Source: an uncultured virus (IMG/VR IMGVR_UViG_3300028380_000008) (Duplodnaviria; Heunggongvirae; Uroviricota; Caudoviricetes). Taken from it: 64,000 nt of DNA. Below, piece by piece: positions 27,767-38,000 of this stretch. Location of the stretch: the IMG/VR virus record IMGVR_UViG_3300028380_000008. The stretch is one strand, 5' to 3'. The notes beneath the pieces are model-generated. The model was given only the letters and a program-made list of their open reading frames with translations. It had not been told where the DNA came from and did not search any database. Numbering within the stretch: the stretch's first letter is position 1; every line of letters begins with the position of its first letter. The position numbers were made by a program, and so were the translations under genes.

Positions 27767-28627
27767 ATGAGCGAGTTCTCAGACCTCGTAATGCGCGAGA
27801 AGCCGCGGAAGCTCGGCAAGGCTCCGGGCGGCAAGAGCGGGGCTTTGCTCGCGTCGTACGAGGGAGGAGTCAAGGCGATCGTCAAGGTCACCAAGGACAA
27901 GCTGCCGAGCGGCCACCGCAAGCAGCGCGGCATCCCGGCCGAGGCTCACCCGACGCGGGAGGTCGCGTTCTACAGCGCCGCGCTGATGCTCGGGTACGGA
28001 GAGCTCGTGCCGGAGACGGTGCTGACGAGCAAGGCTGTGCCAGGCGCGACGGCGTCGGCGCAGCTGTTCGTCCCCGCGCACCAGCTCCACGAGGTCGTGC
28101 CGGAGCTGAAGGACCTCGACGCGCCCGACTGGGGGCAGCACCTCGTCGAGGCGTGCGCCAGGGTACCGAAGGTGTTCTGGAAGCGGCTCCTCATCCTCGA
28201 CATCCTCGGCGGGGTCCGCGACCGTCACGCGAACAACATCGGCCTGCGCCTGCGCGTAGTCGACGACCAGCCGGTGTACAGGAACGTCGCTTGGGACAAC
28301 GCGGTGTCGTTCGGCAAGACGTTTGATCGTTACCACAACGTGTTCCACAAGCACTTGTTCCGGAGAGCTGTGGACCTCGGAGAAGAATGGCAATCTGTAG
28401 ACAAGTTGACCCGCGCTGACCTGCGAGGAGCAGTCGGCATGTACTTGCAACCAGACGAGCTCGAGCATGCCTACCTGCGCGTGCGGTTCTTCCGCGACTA
28501 CCCCTACCGATTGCCGTGGCGCGTCTGCAGCAAGGGCAACGACGACCCGCACGGTTTCCCCGACTACGAGACGTATTTCCGGTCGTGTGTCGGGGGCCCC
28601 CGACACACGGCACACGTCGCGGCATGA
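27767..28627 (+). CDS. PI3/PI4-kinase-fold (HipA/CtkA-like) kinase
   Basis: GGKSG loop, KAIVK, REVAFY, VPETV, SAQLFV, DRHANN, WDNAVSF. Confidence 0.8.
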   Translation: MSEFSDLVMREKPRKLGKAPGGKSGALLASYEGGVKAIVKVTKDKLPSGHRKQRGIPAEAHPTREVAFYSAALMLGYGELVPETVLTSKAVPGATASAQLFVPAHQLHEVVPELKDLDAPDWGQHLVEACARVPKVFWKRLLILDILGGVRDRHANNIGLRLRVVDDQPVYRNVAWDNAVSFGKTFDRYHNVFHKHLFRRAVDLGEEWQSVDKLTRADLRGAVGMYLQPDELEHAYLRVRFFRDYPYRLPWRVCSKGNDDPHGFPDYETYFRSCVGGPRHTAHVAA

Positions 28628-28660
28628 ACTTCGTGTATATTCAACCCGTGGTGACCCGAG

Positions 28661-29407
28661 ATGCGTGAGCGCGACCATGTCGACCGCCTCCTGGAGAGCG
28701 ACGACTTCTGCGTGTGGACTCCCATCGACACCACGCTGATAGAGAAGTCAGCCAAGGCGGGCGTCGACGTCGAAGCGACGCGCCCGATCGGCGGGTGGTG
28801 CTCGACGGAGAACATCGACAGGCAAGAGGAAGTGGTCGTTGCCAAGGGGCTCGACTTCTCCGAGTTCGTGCAGTTCGGGTACTTCAACGACAACCACCGG
28901 CAAGACACCGCGTCGGTGCTCGGGTACCCGAGGCTCGCCAAGCTCCACAAGGCGGGGTGGTGGACCGAAGGTAACCTGCTGCCTGGTTACCCGCCGGCGG
29001 ACCGCGTGTGGGAGCTGGCCAAGGCGCTCGCGAAGTCGCGGGCCCCCCGCAGCCTCGGGTTCTCCATCGAGGGCAAGGTGCTGGAGAGGGACGGAGGATC
29101 GCGCATCGTGAGGGCGAAGGTGCGCAACGTCGCCATCACCAACGCTCCGGTCAACACCGACTGTACGTGGTCCATCTTGTCAAAAGCGTTCTCCTCGGCG
29201 GGCCGGGTGGAGACCGCGGCTCGCAAGGCTATGGCAGAAAACCGGACGATGGGGCAGAGTCAGGGGGGCCACAGCGTGAGCAGCATCATCCACCAGCGCA
29301 ACGTGGTCCTCAGCTTCGACGAGGCGGTCGACCGCGTGCGGAGGATCCACCCGCACCTCAGCAAAAGCGCGTGCGCGCGCGTTGTCCGCTTCGCGGCGCG
29401 TCGCTAG
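28661..29407 (+). CDS. Prohead protease
   Basis: GWCSTENIDRQEE, GYFNDNH, LGFSIEG, NVAITNAPVN. Confidence 0.88.
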   Translation: MRERDHVDRLLESDDFCVWTPIDTTLIEKSAKAGVDVEATRPIGGWCSTENIDRQEEVVVAKGLDFSEFVQFGYFNDNHRQDTASVLGYPRLAKLHKAGWWTEGNLLPGYPPADRVWELAKALAKSRAPRSLGFSIEGKVLERDGGSRIVRAKVRNVAITNAPVNTDCTWSILSKAFSSAGRVETAARKAMAENRTMGQSQGGHSVSSIIHQRNVVLSFDEAVDRVRRIHPHLSKSACARVVRFAARR

Positions 29408-29419
29408 GAGATCCGAACC

Positions 29420-29752
29420 ATGCCTGCCACCAAGAACACGTTCTCGCCGCGCCCCTGGCAGAGCCAGCAGGACGGCAACGTCCACACGGGCGTCGTGTCC
29501 GTCACGGGGTCCGCCGTGGTTGACCTCGGGATCGGTCACGGCAACTTCGTCCCCTGCGTCAGCTTGCAGGGTTCGACGGCGGCGATCGCAAACGCGGCGG
29601 CCAACGTGACGTGGTCGTACGGGCCGCAGCCGGGTCAGTTCACGATCTCCACGTGGAAGGCGACCGCCGCCGGCACCACCACGTTGATCGCCGCCACCGC
29701 GGCGGTCAGCGTGTCGTTCATCGCGTTCGCCGATAGTTCGGCGGGAATTTAG
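29420..29752 (+). CDS. Small structural or decoration protein
   Basis: AGGAG RBS; position; composition. Confidence 0.6.
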   Translation: MPATKNTFSPRPWQSQQDGNVHTGVVSVTGSAVVDLGIGHGNFVPCVSLQGSTAAIANAAANVTWSYGPQPGQFTISTWKATAAGTTTLIAATAAVSVSFIAFADSSAGI

Positions 29753-29766
29753 AGAAGGAGACGGAT

Positions 29767-30120
29767 ATGGGTAAGAACAACGTCATCCCGAACTTCGCCG
29801 ACGTGCAATTGGCGAAGGTGAACAGGAACGAGTCCCTCACCGTGCCAGACACCATCCAGGCGGCGTCTCCCAGCGGGATCTCGTCGGGGTTGTCGCCGGC
29901 GACGCTGTTCGACAGCAAGCGCGCCACTGTCGGCGGCGCCATCTACGCTGCCTACAGCGACGCAGCGGGGCCCGCGAGCGACGACTTCCAGTACAACCTC
30001 AACCCCGGCGACGTGGTCGCGGTGAGCAACGCCGCCTCGGCGCTCGTGACGGTTAACGGGAACCTCGTCTACACGATCGCGAACACCAACGTCGCCGGCG
30101 TCCTCCTCTACTACGTGTAG
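29767..30120 (+). CDS. Small structural protein
   Basis: AAGGAG RBS; position. Confidence 0.6.
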   Translation: MGKNNVIPNFADVQLAKVNRNESLTVPDTIQAASPSGISSGLSPATLFDSKRATVGGAIYAAYSDAAGPASDDFQYNLNPGDVVAVSNAASALVTVNGNLVYTIANTNVAGVLLYYV

Positions 30121-30168
30121 AGGACCCGTCCGACCGCCGCCTCCTCCATCGCGCGTTAAGGAACTGAC

Positions 30169-31179
30169 ATGGCAAAGACCAAGATCGCTGAGGGCAAGCT
30201 CCTCAAGGCCATCGCCGAGCTCGAGGCGGTCACGAAGGGTGACCCGCTGGAGGAGGCGGACCCCGAAGGCGGGTTGTCCACCGAGGGTGAGCCGCTCTCC
30301 GACGGGGCTCCTCGCGGGCGCGGCGACGCGACCAAGAAGTCGCGCCGGGCGAGCGCGAGTTCCCCGTTCGGGTCCAGGTCGTCGAGCTCGGCGTCTTCGG
30401 ACGCGAGCTCGGACGATGGCGACGACGCCGACGCGATGTCGCCCCAGAAGCCCATCCCGAAGAAGGGAAAGAAGGTCAGCAAGGCCGCCCCGCCGCCGGC
30501 CGAGAGCAGCGAGTCGGACAGCGACGACGACTCCAGCGCCGGGTCCAGCGACTCCGACGATTCCGACGATGCGGACAAGTCGTTTCGCGACGCGGCCGAG
30601 GGCGACGAGGTGATGTCCAAGGGGCTCGTCGTCAACGAGTTCCTGGAGGCGATGGTCGACCAGATCAGCCTGGCGCTGTTCAACGTCCAGAAGTCGATGG
30701 CGAAGTCGCTCAAGGCGATGGAGCAGCGTCTCCAGTCCCACATCGACGACCGCGTCGCCAAGAGCGCGGCGGGTCAGGGCGACTTCAATGCCCGCCTCGC
30801 GAAGGCGGTCGCGGCGATCGGCAACACCGTGCAGGGCGAGCTGCTCGGCATGGCGGACATGGTCAAGTCGATGGCCAACCAGCCGGTGTCCGGCCCGCGT
30901 GGCAAGGCGGTGCTGAGCAAGGGAGAGGTCAACGCGCCGCCGTGGAGCGGGCCGTCGGCAGTCAACGCCGACCAGCGGATGGCGAGCGGGTCGGGCGGGG
31001 ACTACGTCGCGGAGCTGAGCGAGCTGTCCCCCGAGGCGATCGGGGACTGGCTGTTCAAGAAGTCGGCGAGCCAGGCCGTGGACCCGCGGGTCATCATGGC
31101 CTGGGAAGCGGATCGCTACAACGTCGAGGTGTTGCCTGTGCAGATCCGCAAGGCCATCGCCAACGACCTCATCAAGTAA
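30169..31179 (+). CDS. Capsid scaffold protein
   Basis: Acidic/Ser-rich plus coiled coil, many KS/KA motifs, directly before MCP. Confidence 0.7.
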   Translation: MAKTKIAEGKLLKAIAELEAVTKGDPLEEADPEGGLSTEGEPLSDGAPRGRGDATKKSRRASASSPFGSRSSSSASSDASSDDGDDADAMSPQKPIPKKGKKVSKAAPPPAESSESDSDDDSSAGSSDSDDSDDADKSFRDAAEGDEVMSKGLVVNEFLEAMVDQISLALFNVQKSMAKSLKAMEQRLQSHIDDRVAKSAAGQGDFNARLAKAVAAIGNTVQGELLGMADMVKSMANQPVSGPRGKAVLSKGEVNAPPWSGPSAVNADQRMASGSGGDYVAELSELSPEAIGDWLFKKSASQAVDPRVIMAWEADRYNVEVLPVQIRKAIANDLIK

Positions 31180-31199
31180 GTAGAAGGGAGGCGCCCGAA

Positions 31200-32600
31200 A
31201 TGATCTCGATGAAGGACTACGAGGGTTACCACGGCTTCGGGCAGCTCGCCCAAGTCGAGGTTGACGAGCTGAGCAAGGCGCTCAGCTCTGGTTACCAGAA
31301 TCCGCCCGTCTCCGGCTCCAACGCGCTGCGCGTCGAGTCGCTGGAGCAGACGCTGCGGATCCTGACGTTCACGCAGGCGCACGTCCAGTTCTGGCGGGAC
31401 ATCCCGAAGCTGCCCGCCTTCTCGACGGTCGAGGAGTACAACGTCCAGACGTCGTACGGCTCGGAGGGTGGCATGTTCACCCGCGCCGGCGAGCTGCCGC
31501 AGGTCCAGGACGCGTCGTACGAGCGCCGCACGGCGCTCGTGAAGTACGTGACCACGCAGCGCGAGGTCGACCACCCGACGACGCTCGTCCGGCCCGCCCA
31601 CGGCAACGTGGTCGCGCAGGAGACCCAGAACGGCGGCGTCTGGATCCTGGAGCGCGTCGAGCGCGCCCTGTACACGGGCCGCAGCGACGTCATCACCGAG
31701 GCGTGGGACGGTCTCGACCAGCAGATCCGCAGCGACCCGAGCGCGGCGAACGTGGCGATCATCGACCTCCGCGGCGGCATCTTGACGGAGGACAACGTCG
31801 AGGACGCCACCAACCGCGTCATCGAGAACTACGGCGTGCCGACCGACCTCTACGCCGCGCCGAAGGCGCTGTCGTCGATGGTCAAGCAGTTCTACCCGCG
31901 CGAGCGGTTCAACATGCCCGCGCCGGTCGACGGCGTCGTCGGCATGTCGGTCAACCGGATCCGCACGCAGGCGGGCCTGATCAACCTGAAGGGCAACATC
32001 TTCCTCCGCTCGGGGAAGAACAACTCGGTGAAGAACGCGCCCGCCGCGGCCAACTCGGTGCGGGCCCCGGTGGTGCCGAGCGCCTCGGCCGCGAACACCG
32101 CCGGCCCGATCGCCGCGTCGCTGTTCGGGGCCGGAGACGTCGGCACGTGGCGCTACCGCGTCACCGCGGTCAACCGCTTCGGCGAGTCCGCCGCCAGCAC
32201 CGTGACGACCGCGGCGATCGCCGCCGCGCTCGACGAGATCACGGTGACGATCACCAACAACGCCGACAGCAGCGACCCGACGACCGGGTACAACATCTAC
32301 CGCTGCCCGACGGTGGGCGGCGGGGTGGGCACCGAGCAGTACCTGACCCAGGTGCCGCGCGTCGCCGGCGCGGCGACGACGGCGTTCGTCGACGCGAACC
32401 GCTTCCTGCCGAACACGAGCCGCGCCTACCTCAAGCAGATGAACCTGCAGGCGATCTCGTTCCGCCAGCTGGCGCCGATGATGAAGATCCCGCTGGCGAC
32501 CATCGCGCTCAGCATCCGGTGGGCGATGCTCCTGTACGGGATGCCGATCGTCTACGCGACGCGCAAGTTTACGATCTTCGACAACGTCGGCGACGAGTAG
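31200..32600 (+). CDS. Major capsid protein, SPO1/Twort-like
   Basis: ELSKALSSGY, ALRVESLEQTL, STVEEY, IIDLRG, YRVTAVNRFGES, GYNIYR, QLAPMMKIPLA. Confidence 0.92.
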   Translation: MISMKDYEGYHGFGQLAQVEVDELSKALSSGYQNPPVSGSNALRVESLEQTLRILTFTQAHVQFWRDIPKLPAFSTVEEYNVQTSYGSEGGMFTRAGELPQVQDASYERRTALVKYVTTQREVDHPTTLVRPAHGNVVAQETQNGGVWILERVERALYTGRSDVITEAWDGLDQQIRSDPSAANVAIIDLRGGILTEDNVEDATNRVIENYGVPTDLYAAPKALSSMVKQFYPRERFNMPAPVDGVVGMSVNRIRTQAGLINLKGNIFLRSGKNNSVKNAPAAANSVRAPVVPSASAANTAGPIAASLFGAGDVGTWRYRVTAVNRFGESAASTVTTAAIAAALDEITVTITNNADSSDPTTGYNIYRCPTVGGGVGTEQYLTQVPRVAGAATTAFVDANRFLPNTSRAYLKQMNLQAISFRQLAPMMKIPLATIALSIRWAMLLYGMPIVYATRKFTIFDNVGDE

Positions 32601-32614
32601 TATCATCGTCTGCG

Positions 32615-33130
32615 ATGGTGATCGCAGACGATGATAAAGATGATAAGCCGGTGACGTTGTTGGTCCGTCAGTTGACCGACCGGATCCGCCGGCGCGGGTC
32701 CGACCAGCTGGTCAACTTGCCGATCGTGGACGGGATCGACATCGGCGACGTGTACCCCGTCTGCGACGTCCTCCCGCAGGACCCGACCGACGAGCAGTTC
32801 GACGACCTCGCCGTCCGGGCGTCCTCCTTCATGGAGGACGTCCACCGGCTGCACGTCGAGCAGCGGGCGGCGCGCGGCGACTCGATCGCGGCGGCGTGCG
32901 TGCCTCTCAGCATACCCATCTTCCACCGAGGACGTCTCCGGGAGGCCAAGGCGGCGGACGCGGCGCCGCAGCAGATGGCGAGCATCAAGGAGCGGGAGAC
33001 GCTCTGCATATTCCACTTGCGCGTCCCGCTGTGGCGCGGGTACACGTGGGCCGGGCAGGCCGCGGCGATCGACGTCGTCGCTCGCCGGCACGGTCTCCGC
33101 TGCGTTGACCAGGGCCGCATCCCCGAGTAG
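32615..33130 (+). CDS. Hypothetical protein
   Basis: TCGACA-17-TATCAT-8-ATG. Confidence 0.55.
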   Translation: MVIADDDKDDKPVTLLVRQLTDRIRRRGSDQLVNLPIVDGIDIGDVYPVCDVLPQDPTDEQFDDLAVRASSFMEDVHRLHVEQRAARGDSIAAACVPLSIPIFHRGRLREAKAADAAPQQMASIKERETLCIFHLRVPLWRGYTWAGQAAAIDVVARRHGLRCVDQGRIPE

Positions 33131-33153
33131 CCGGGCGCGCCCGCATTCGGCAG

Positions 33154-33183
33154 TTGACCGGGCCCCCGGGACCGGCCGATCAT
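33154..33183 (+). promoter_or_regulatory. Leaderless promoter
   Basis: TTGACC-18-GATCAT-7-ATG 33191. Confidence 0.5.
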
Positions 33184-33190
33184 CGCGGGC

Positions 33191-33631
33191 ATGCCGCTCG
33201 CCAACGCCGCGATGGTCGACATCCTCAAGCTGCTGCTCAACAACACGACGTGGGCCGGGATCGGCGACACCACCGGGATCGTCGGGTCCGGCGCGGCGGG
33301 GTCGCTGTTCCTGAGCCTGCACACGTCGACGCCCGGCGCGGCCGGGGACCAGACCACGAACGAGATCAGTTACACCGGGTACGCGCGCGTCGCGGTGGCG
33401 CGGACGTCCGGCGGCTGGGTCGCCACGTCCAACCCGGCGACGCTGGCGGCGACCGTGAGCTGGCCGCAGATGACCGCCGGCACCGGCGGCACGGCGACGT
33501 TCGTCGGGCTCGGCAAGTCGTCGAGCGGGGCCGGCGAGCTGATAGCGTTCGGGGCGATCTCCCCGACCATCCCGGTGAGCAACGGCGTCACGCCGCAGCT
33601 CACCACGGCGACCACGTTCACCCTGTCCTGA
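33191..33631 (+). CDS. Virion structural (fibre-associated) protein
   Basis: LSLHTSTPG...NEISYTGYARVAV motif. Confidence 0.75.
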   Translation: MPLANAAMVDILKLLLNNTTWAGIGDTTGIVGSGAAGSLFLSLHTSTPGAAGDQTTNEISYTGYARVAVARTSGGWVATSNPATLAATVSWPQMTAGTGGTATFVGLGKSSSGAGELIAFGAISPTIPVSNGVTPQLTTATTFTLS

Positions 33632-33643
33632 AGGAGGATTTTC

Positions 33644-33976
33644 GTGGCGATATTCATCGACCAGATGGTGGTCCACGTCGTCGGGTCCGGCGACGACACC
33701 CGCCCGCCGGGGATCACCGGGGACTCGTGGTGTCACGCGGTGTCCACCACGGACCTCCTCGAGCTGGAGCTGTTCTTGACCACCAACGCGGCCACGATCC
33801 TGTGCCCGCCGACCAACATCAGGACCCCGCTGCTCGGCAGCCGGCAGACCTACGTCGGCCTCAACCAGGTGCAGCTCGCCGCGGCGATCGCCGCCGGTGC
33901 GTCGCCGCGGCGCCAGATCACGACCGCGACCTCCGGGTTCGACTCCCCGGGGACCACCCCGTACTACGAGCCGTGA
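33644..33976 (+). CDS. Hypothetical protein
   Basis: AGGAGG RBS. Confidence 0.6.
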   Translation: MAIFIDQMVVHVVGSGDDTRPPGITGDSWCHAVSTTDLLELELFLTTNAATILCPPTNIRTPLLGSRQTYVGLNQVQLAAAIAAGASPRRQITTATSGFDSPGTTPYYEP

Positions 33977-33979
33977 GCG

Positions 33980-34606
33980 GTGGCGTCCGCGTCGTCGACG
34001 TTCACCGGCACGGAGAACCCGCTCAGCGAGGGCGGGGCCTGGGCCACGCCGTCCGCCTTCTGGGGCTCCCTGCGCAAGGCCAACGGGGCCGGCGTCGCGG
34101 CGGTGAACACCGAGAGCGGGATGCGGTACGTCGCGGCGACGTTCACCGCTAACCAGTTCTCGCAGATCGTGCTCGCGTCGGTGCCGGCCGGCGCGCAGCT
34201 CTACTTCCAGTACGTCAACGTCCGGATGAACGCGACGGCCGGTCTGTACCAGGTCGCGACGTCGTCCGAGACCGGGCCGAACATCCTGCAGCTGTACGTC
34301 GTGTCGGACGCCGGCGCGTTCACGCAGATCGGGGCGGACATCACGACGCCGTCGAACCTGGCCGCCGGCAACGTGGTCCGGCTCGAGGTGGTCGGCACGA
34401 CGCTGACGGTCAAGGTCGACCAGGGGAGCGGGTTGACCACGCTGCGCACCGCGACGGACTCGACGTTCTCGACCGGGCAGCCTGGGCTCGGAGGGTGGGC
34501 GCAGTCCGGATCCGACGTCCTGTTCACCACGAGCTGGTCGGCCGGCGACGTCGGCGGGCCTCCGCCGTTCACGGGCCGGACGCCGAGCTACATGTTCTCC
34601 ATCTGA
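33980..34606 (+). CDS. Lectin-like beta-sandwich virion protein
   Basis: FTGTENPLSEGGAW, RLEVVGTTLTV, DSTFSTGQPG. Confidence 0.6.
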   Translation: MASASSTFTGTENPLSEGGAWATPSAFWGSLRKANGAGVAAVNTESGMRYVAATFTANQFSQIVLASVPAGAQLYFQYVNVRMNATAGLYQVATSSETGPNILQLYVVSDAGAFTQIGADITTPSNLAAGNVVRLEVVGTTLTVKVDQGSGLTTLRTATDSTFSTGQPGLGGWAQSGSDVLFTTSWSAGDVGGPPPFTGRTPSYMFSI

Positions 34607-34619
34607 AGGAGGGTGCGCG

Positions 34620-35090
34620 ATGCCTCGCTGCTACACCGTTAACCTGACGCCGACCTCGATCTCAGCCGCGACGGTCGACCTGATCGCGGTGCGCGCCGGG
34701 ACCGACGTCCCGATCAAGGTCCGCGCGCTCCGCGTCTGGCAGACCAGCGACTTCGGGGACGCGCAGGACGAGGTCGTCACCCTCCAGCTCGTCCGCGGCA
34801 ACACGACCGCCGGGTCCGGCGGCGCGACCCCGACGCCGGTGCCGAAGGACAAGAAGGACGCGGCGGCGAGCTTCACCGCGCGCACCGCTGACTCGACCGC
34901 GGCGAGCGCCGGCACGACGGACGTCCCGTACACCACCGGGTGGAACGTGCGCGCGCCGTTCGAGATGATATTCCCCGACGAGATGATGGCGCGCGGCGAC
35001 CAGGCCGGCGGGTTCATCGTGCTCCGGCTCGGGGCGGCGCCGACCGACGCGCTGGTGATCGGCGCGTCGATGGACGTCATCGAGGGCTGA
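34620..35090 (+). CDS. Virion structural protein
   Basis: AAGGAG RBS; composition and position. Confidence 0.6.
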   Translation: MPRCYTVNLTPTSISAATVDLIAVRAGTDVPIKVRALRVWQTSDFGDAQDEVVTLQLVRGNTTAGSGGATPTPVPKDKKDAAASFTARTADSTAASAGTTDVPYTTGWNVRAPFEMIFPDEMMARGDQAGGFIVLRLGAAPTDALVIGASMDVIEG

Positions 35091-35097
35091 CCCTGTC

Positions 35098-38000
35098 GTG
35101 TCCTTTTTCTCCCCGCCGCCTCTGCCGCCGCGACGCCGGCCTGGTCCGCCGCTCGGTGTCCAGAGCTCGGTGGACGGGGTCGGCGCGATCACCGGGTCTG
35201 GCGACCTGGCCGGCGCGTCGGCGCCGCCCGGCGCTGGCGCGCTGACCGGCTCCGGGACCCTGGCCGGCGCCGGCGCGGCGCTGGCCGCCGGGGCGGGCGC
35301 CCTGACCGGGTCCGGCACGCTGGCGGGAGCTGCCGCCACGTTCCCGCTGTCGGTGTCCGCCAACGGGCGCTACCTTGTGCAGGCCAACGGGACGCCGTTC
35401 CTGATCTGCGCCGACGCGACGTGGTCGATCTTCGTCGACATCCCGCTCGCCGGGCTCAGTTCGTTCCTCGGGACGATCGCCGCCCAGGGGTTCAACGCGG
35501 TCTCCGGCAACGCGATCGAGCACCACTTCTCCGTCGTCAAGCCACCCAAGGAGCGCGGCGGCCTCCTGCCGTTCACGCAGCGGATGGACGGGACGTCGTA
35601 CACGGGGTCCCCGAACGGGACGACCGGGGCGTCCGGCACCCAGGGCCAGTTCGCTAGCGACAACTATAGCAACATAAGCAACCAGGCTCCGGACTGCACG
35701 TTCGTCAACAACAGCTACTGGGTGGTGCTGGAGACGATCCTCGACGCATGCCTCGCGAACGGGTTGCTCGTGTTCGTGTGGCCCGGGTACCTCGGGTTCA
35801 ACGCCGGCGACGAGGGCTGGGCCGGCGAGATGGTGGCGTGGGACGCGGTCACCGGGGCTGGCGGCTTCACCGGGCAGCCGTTCGCCGACCCGACCAAGAC
35901 GAAGATGTGGAACTACGGCGCGTGGCTCGCCGCGCGCTGGAAGAACTACGGCAACATCATCTGGGTGATGGGCGGGGACTACGGGTCCGGGACGCACCCG
36001 CTCACGGGCCCGCAGTCGGCGGCGGCGAGCAACCTGATGGCGGGGATGAAGTCGGTGGCGGGGCAGCAGTCGCTGCTGTTCACGGGTCACTGGGACCGTT
36101 CGTCGCTGTCGACGGACACGGCGTTGGCCGCCGGGTCGTTCGACGTCAACGGGTGCTACTCCGACGACGCGACCGCCGAGCTCGCGCGGCGTGGGTACGC
36201 CGCGTCGCCGACCAAGCCCGTCGTCGGGCTCGAGGCGTACTACGAGGACAGCGCGGTCGGCGGCAGCGCGCCGTGGAGGAAGTACCTCTACTGGCAGTTC
36301 GTCGGCGGGATCGCGGGCGGCTTCTTCGGTAACGAGCAGCTGTGGAGGTTCGACGACGGAACCCCGGGCACCGACTACACCACGCTGCTCTCGACCCAGT
36401 CGACGAACGACGCCGTGCGGCAGTTCTCGCTGTGGCGGACGCTGCCGTGGCACCGGCTGAAGCCGTCCGGGCTCGGAGGCATGGGCACGCTGATCACCGC
36501 GGGTGGAGGCACGGCGAGTCCGCAGTCGACCGACTACGTCGCGGCGGCGGCGACGTCGGAGGGTGACCTGCTGGTCGCCTACGTCCCGCCAGCGCACACG
36601 GGGACGATCACGGTGAGCATGACCGTGATGGCAGCGTCCGCGCGGGCTCGCTGGTTCGACCCGACCAACGGGACCTTCACGCAGATCGGCGTGGTCGCCA
36701 ACACGGGGACCCACGTCTTCACCCTCCCAGGGACCAACAGCGCCGGCGACGCCGACTTCCTGCTCGTGCTCGACACGCCGGCCGGCGCGCTGACCGGCTC
36801 CGGGACCCTGGCCGGCGCCGGCGCGGCGCTGGCCGCCGGGGCGGGCGCCCTGACCGGGTCCGGCACGCTCGCCGGGGTTGGCGCCGCCTCGGCTGCTGGG
36901 TCTGGGACCCTAGCCGGGTCCGGCACGATCGCCGGGGTCGGGGCTGCCTCGGCCGCCGGCGTCGGCAGTGTCACCGGGTCCGGAGACCTCGCGGGGACCG
37001 GAGCCACCGTGATCCCGGGGTCCTCCGCGCTCGCCGGCTCCGGCACGATTGCTGGAGTCGGCGCCGAGCTCGCGGCCGGCGCTGGCGCGCTGACCGGATC
37101 GGGCACGATCGCCGGGGCCGGCGCGTTCGTGCTGCCGGGAGCCGGGGCCGGCAACCTGACCGGCTCCGGGACCCTGGCCGGCGCCGGCGCGGCGCTGGCC
37201 GCCGGGGCGGGCGCCCTGACCGGGTCCGGCACGCTCGCCGGGGTCGGGGCGGCGCTCGTCGCCGGCGCGGGCGCGCTGACCGGATCGGGGACGCTCGCCG
37301 GGGTCGCGGCCACGACCGCGCCCGGAGCGGGCGTGATCACCGGGTCCGGAGACCTGGCCGGCGCCGCCGTCGTGCCCGCGGCGGGGTCCATCGTCGGCTC
37401 CGGCACGATCGCGGGCGTTAGCACCAGCACCCCTGCTCCCGAGGTACAAACGAACATGCCGCCAGCTCCGGTGACCCCGTCGAACCAGCCGGCTGCGTCG
37501 GCGGTCATCAGGCAGACGTCGTCGCGGTTCAGCTCGGTGTTGTCCCTCGACGACCTGACGCCGAGGTACCTGCAGGACAACTACCTCACCGGGTTCACCA
37601 TCACCGGGTCCGACGGCCAGCCGCTCCCGCCGAAGTTCTATGAGGACAAGATAGCCGACGCCATAGCGAAGCTGGAGAGCGTGACGCACATCGACGTCTT
37701 GGAACGAGACGTCACCGGAGAGAAGCACGACTACCACACGAACGACTACCTCAACTACGCGTACCTGCAGCTGTTCCGCACCCCCTGCCAGTCCATCAGC
37801 CAGGTCCGCGCGGTGTACCCGACGGGGCAGGTGATCCAGGTGTTCCCGTCCGAGTGGGTGCGCGTCTACGTCGAGCACAGCCAGATCCACCTCGTCCCGA
37901 CCTCCGGCTCCCTCGCCCAGGTGATGCTCGGCGGCGGCAACGGGTACCTGCCGTTCATCTTCGCCGGCCTGTCGTACCTGCCGAACCTGTGGGAGGTCGA

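Noticed and set aside
35170..37420. Repeats as a CRISPR array, DGR or collagen
   Set aside because: In-frame coding Gly/Ala repeats without unique spacers; no RT or cas gene; not Gly-X-Y
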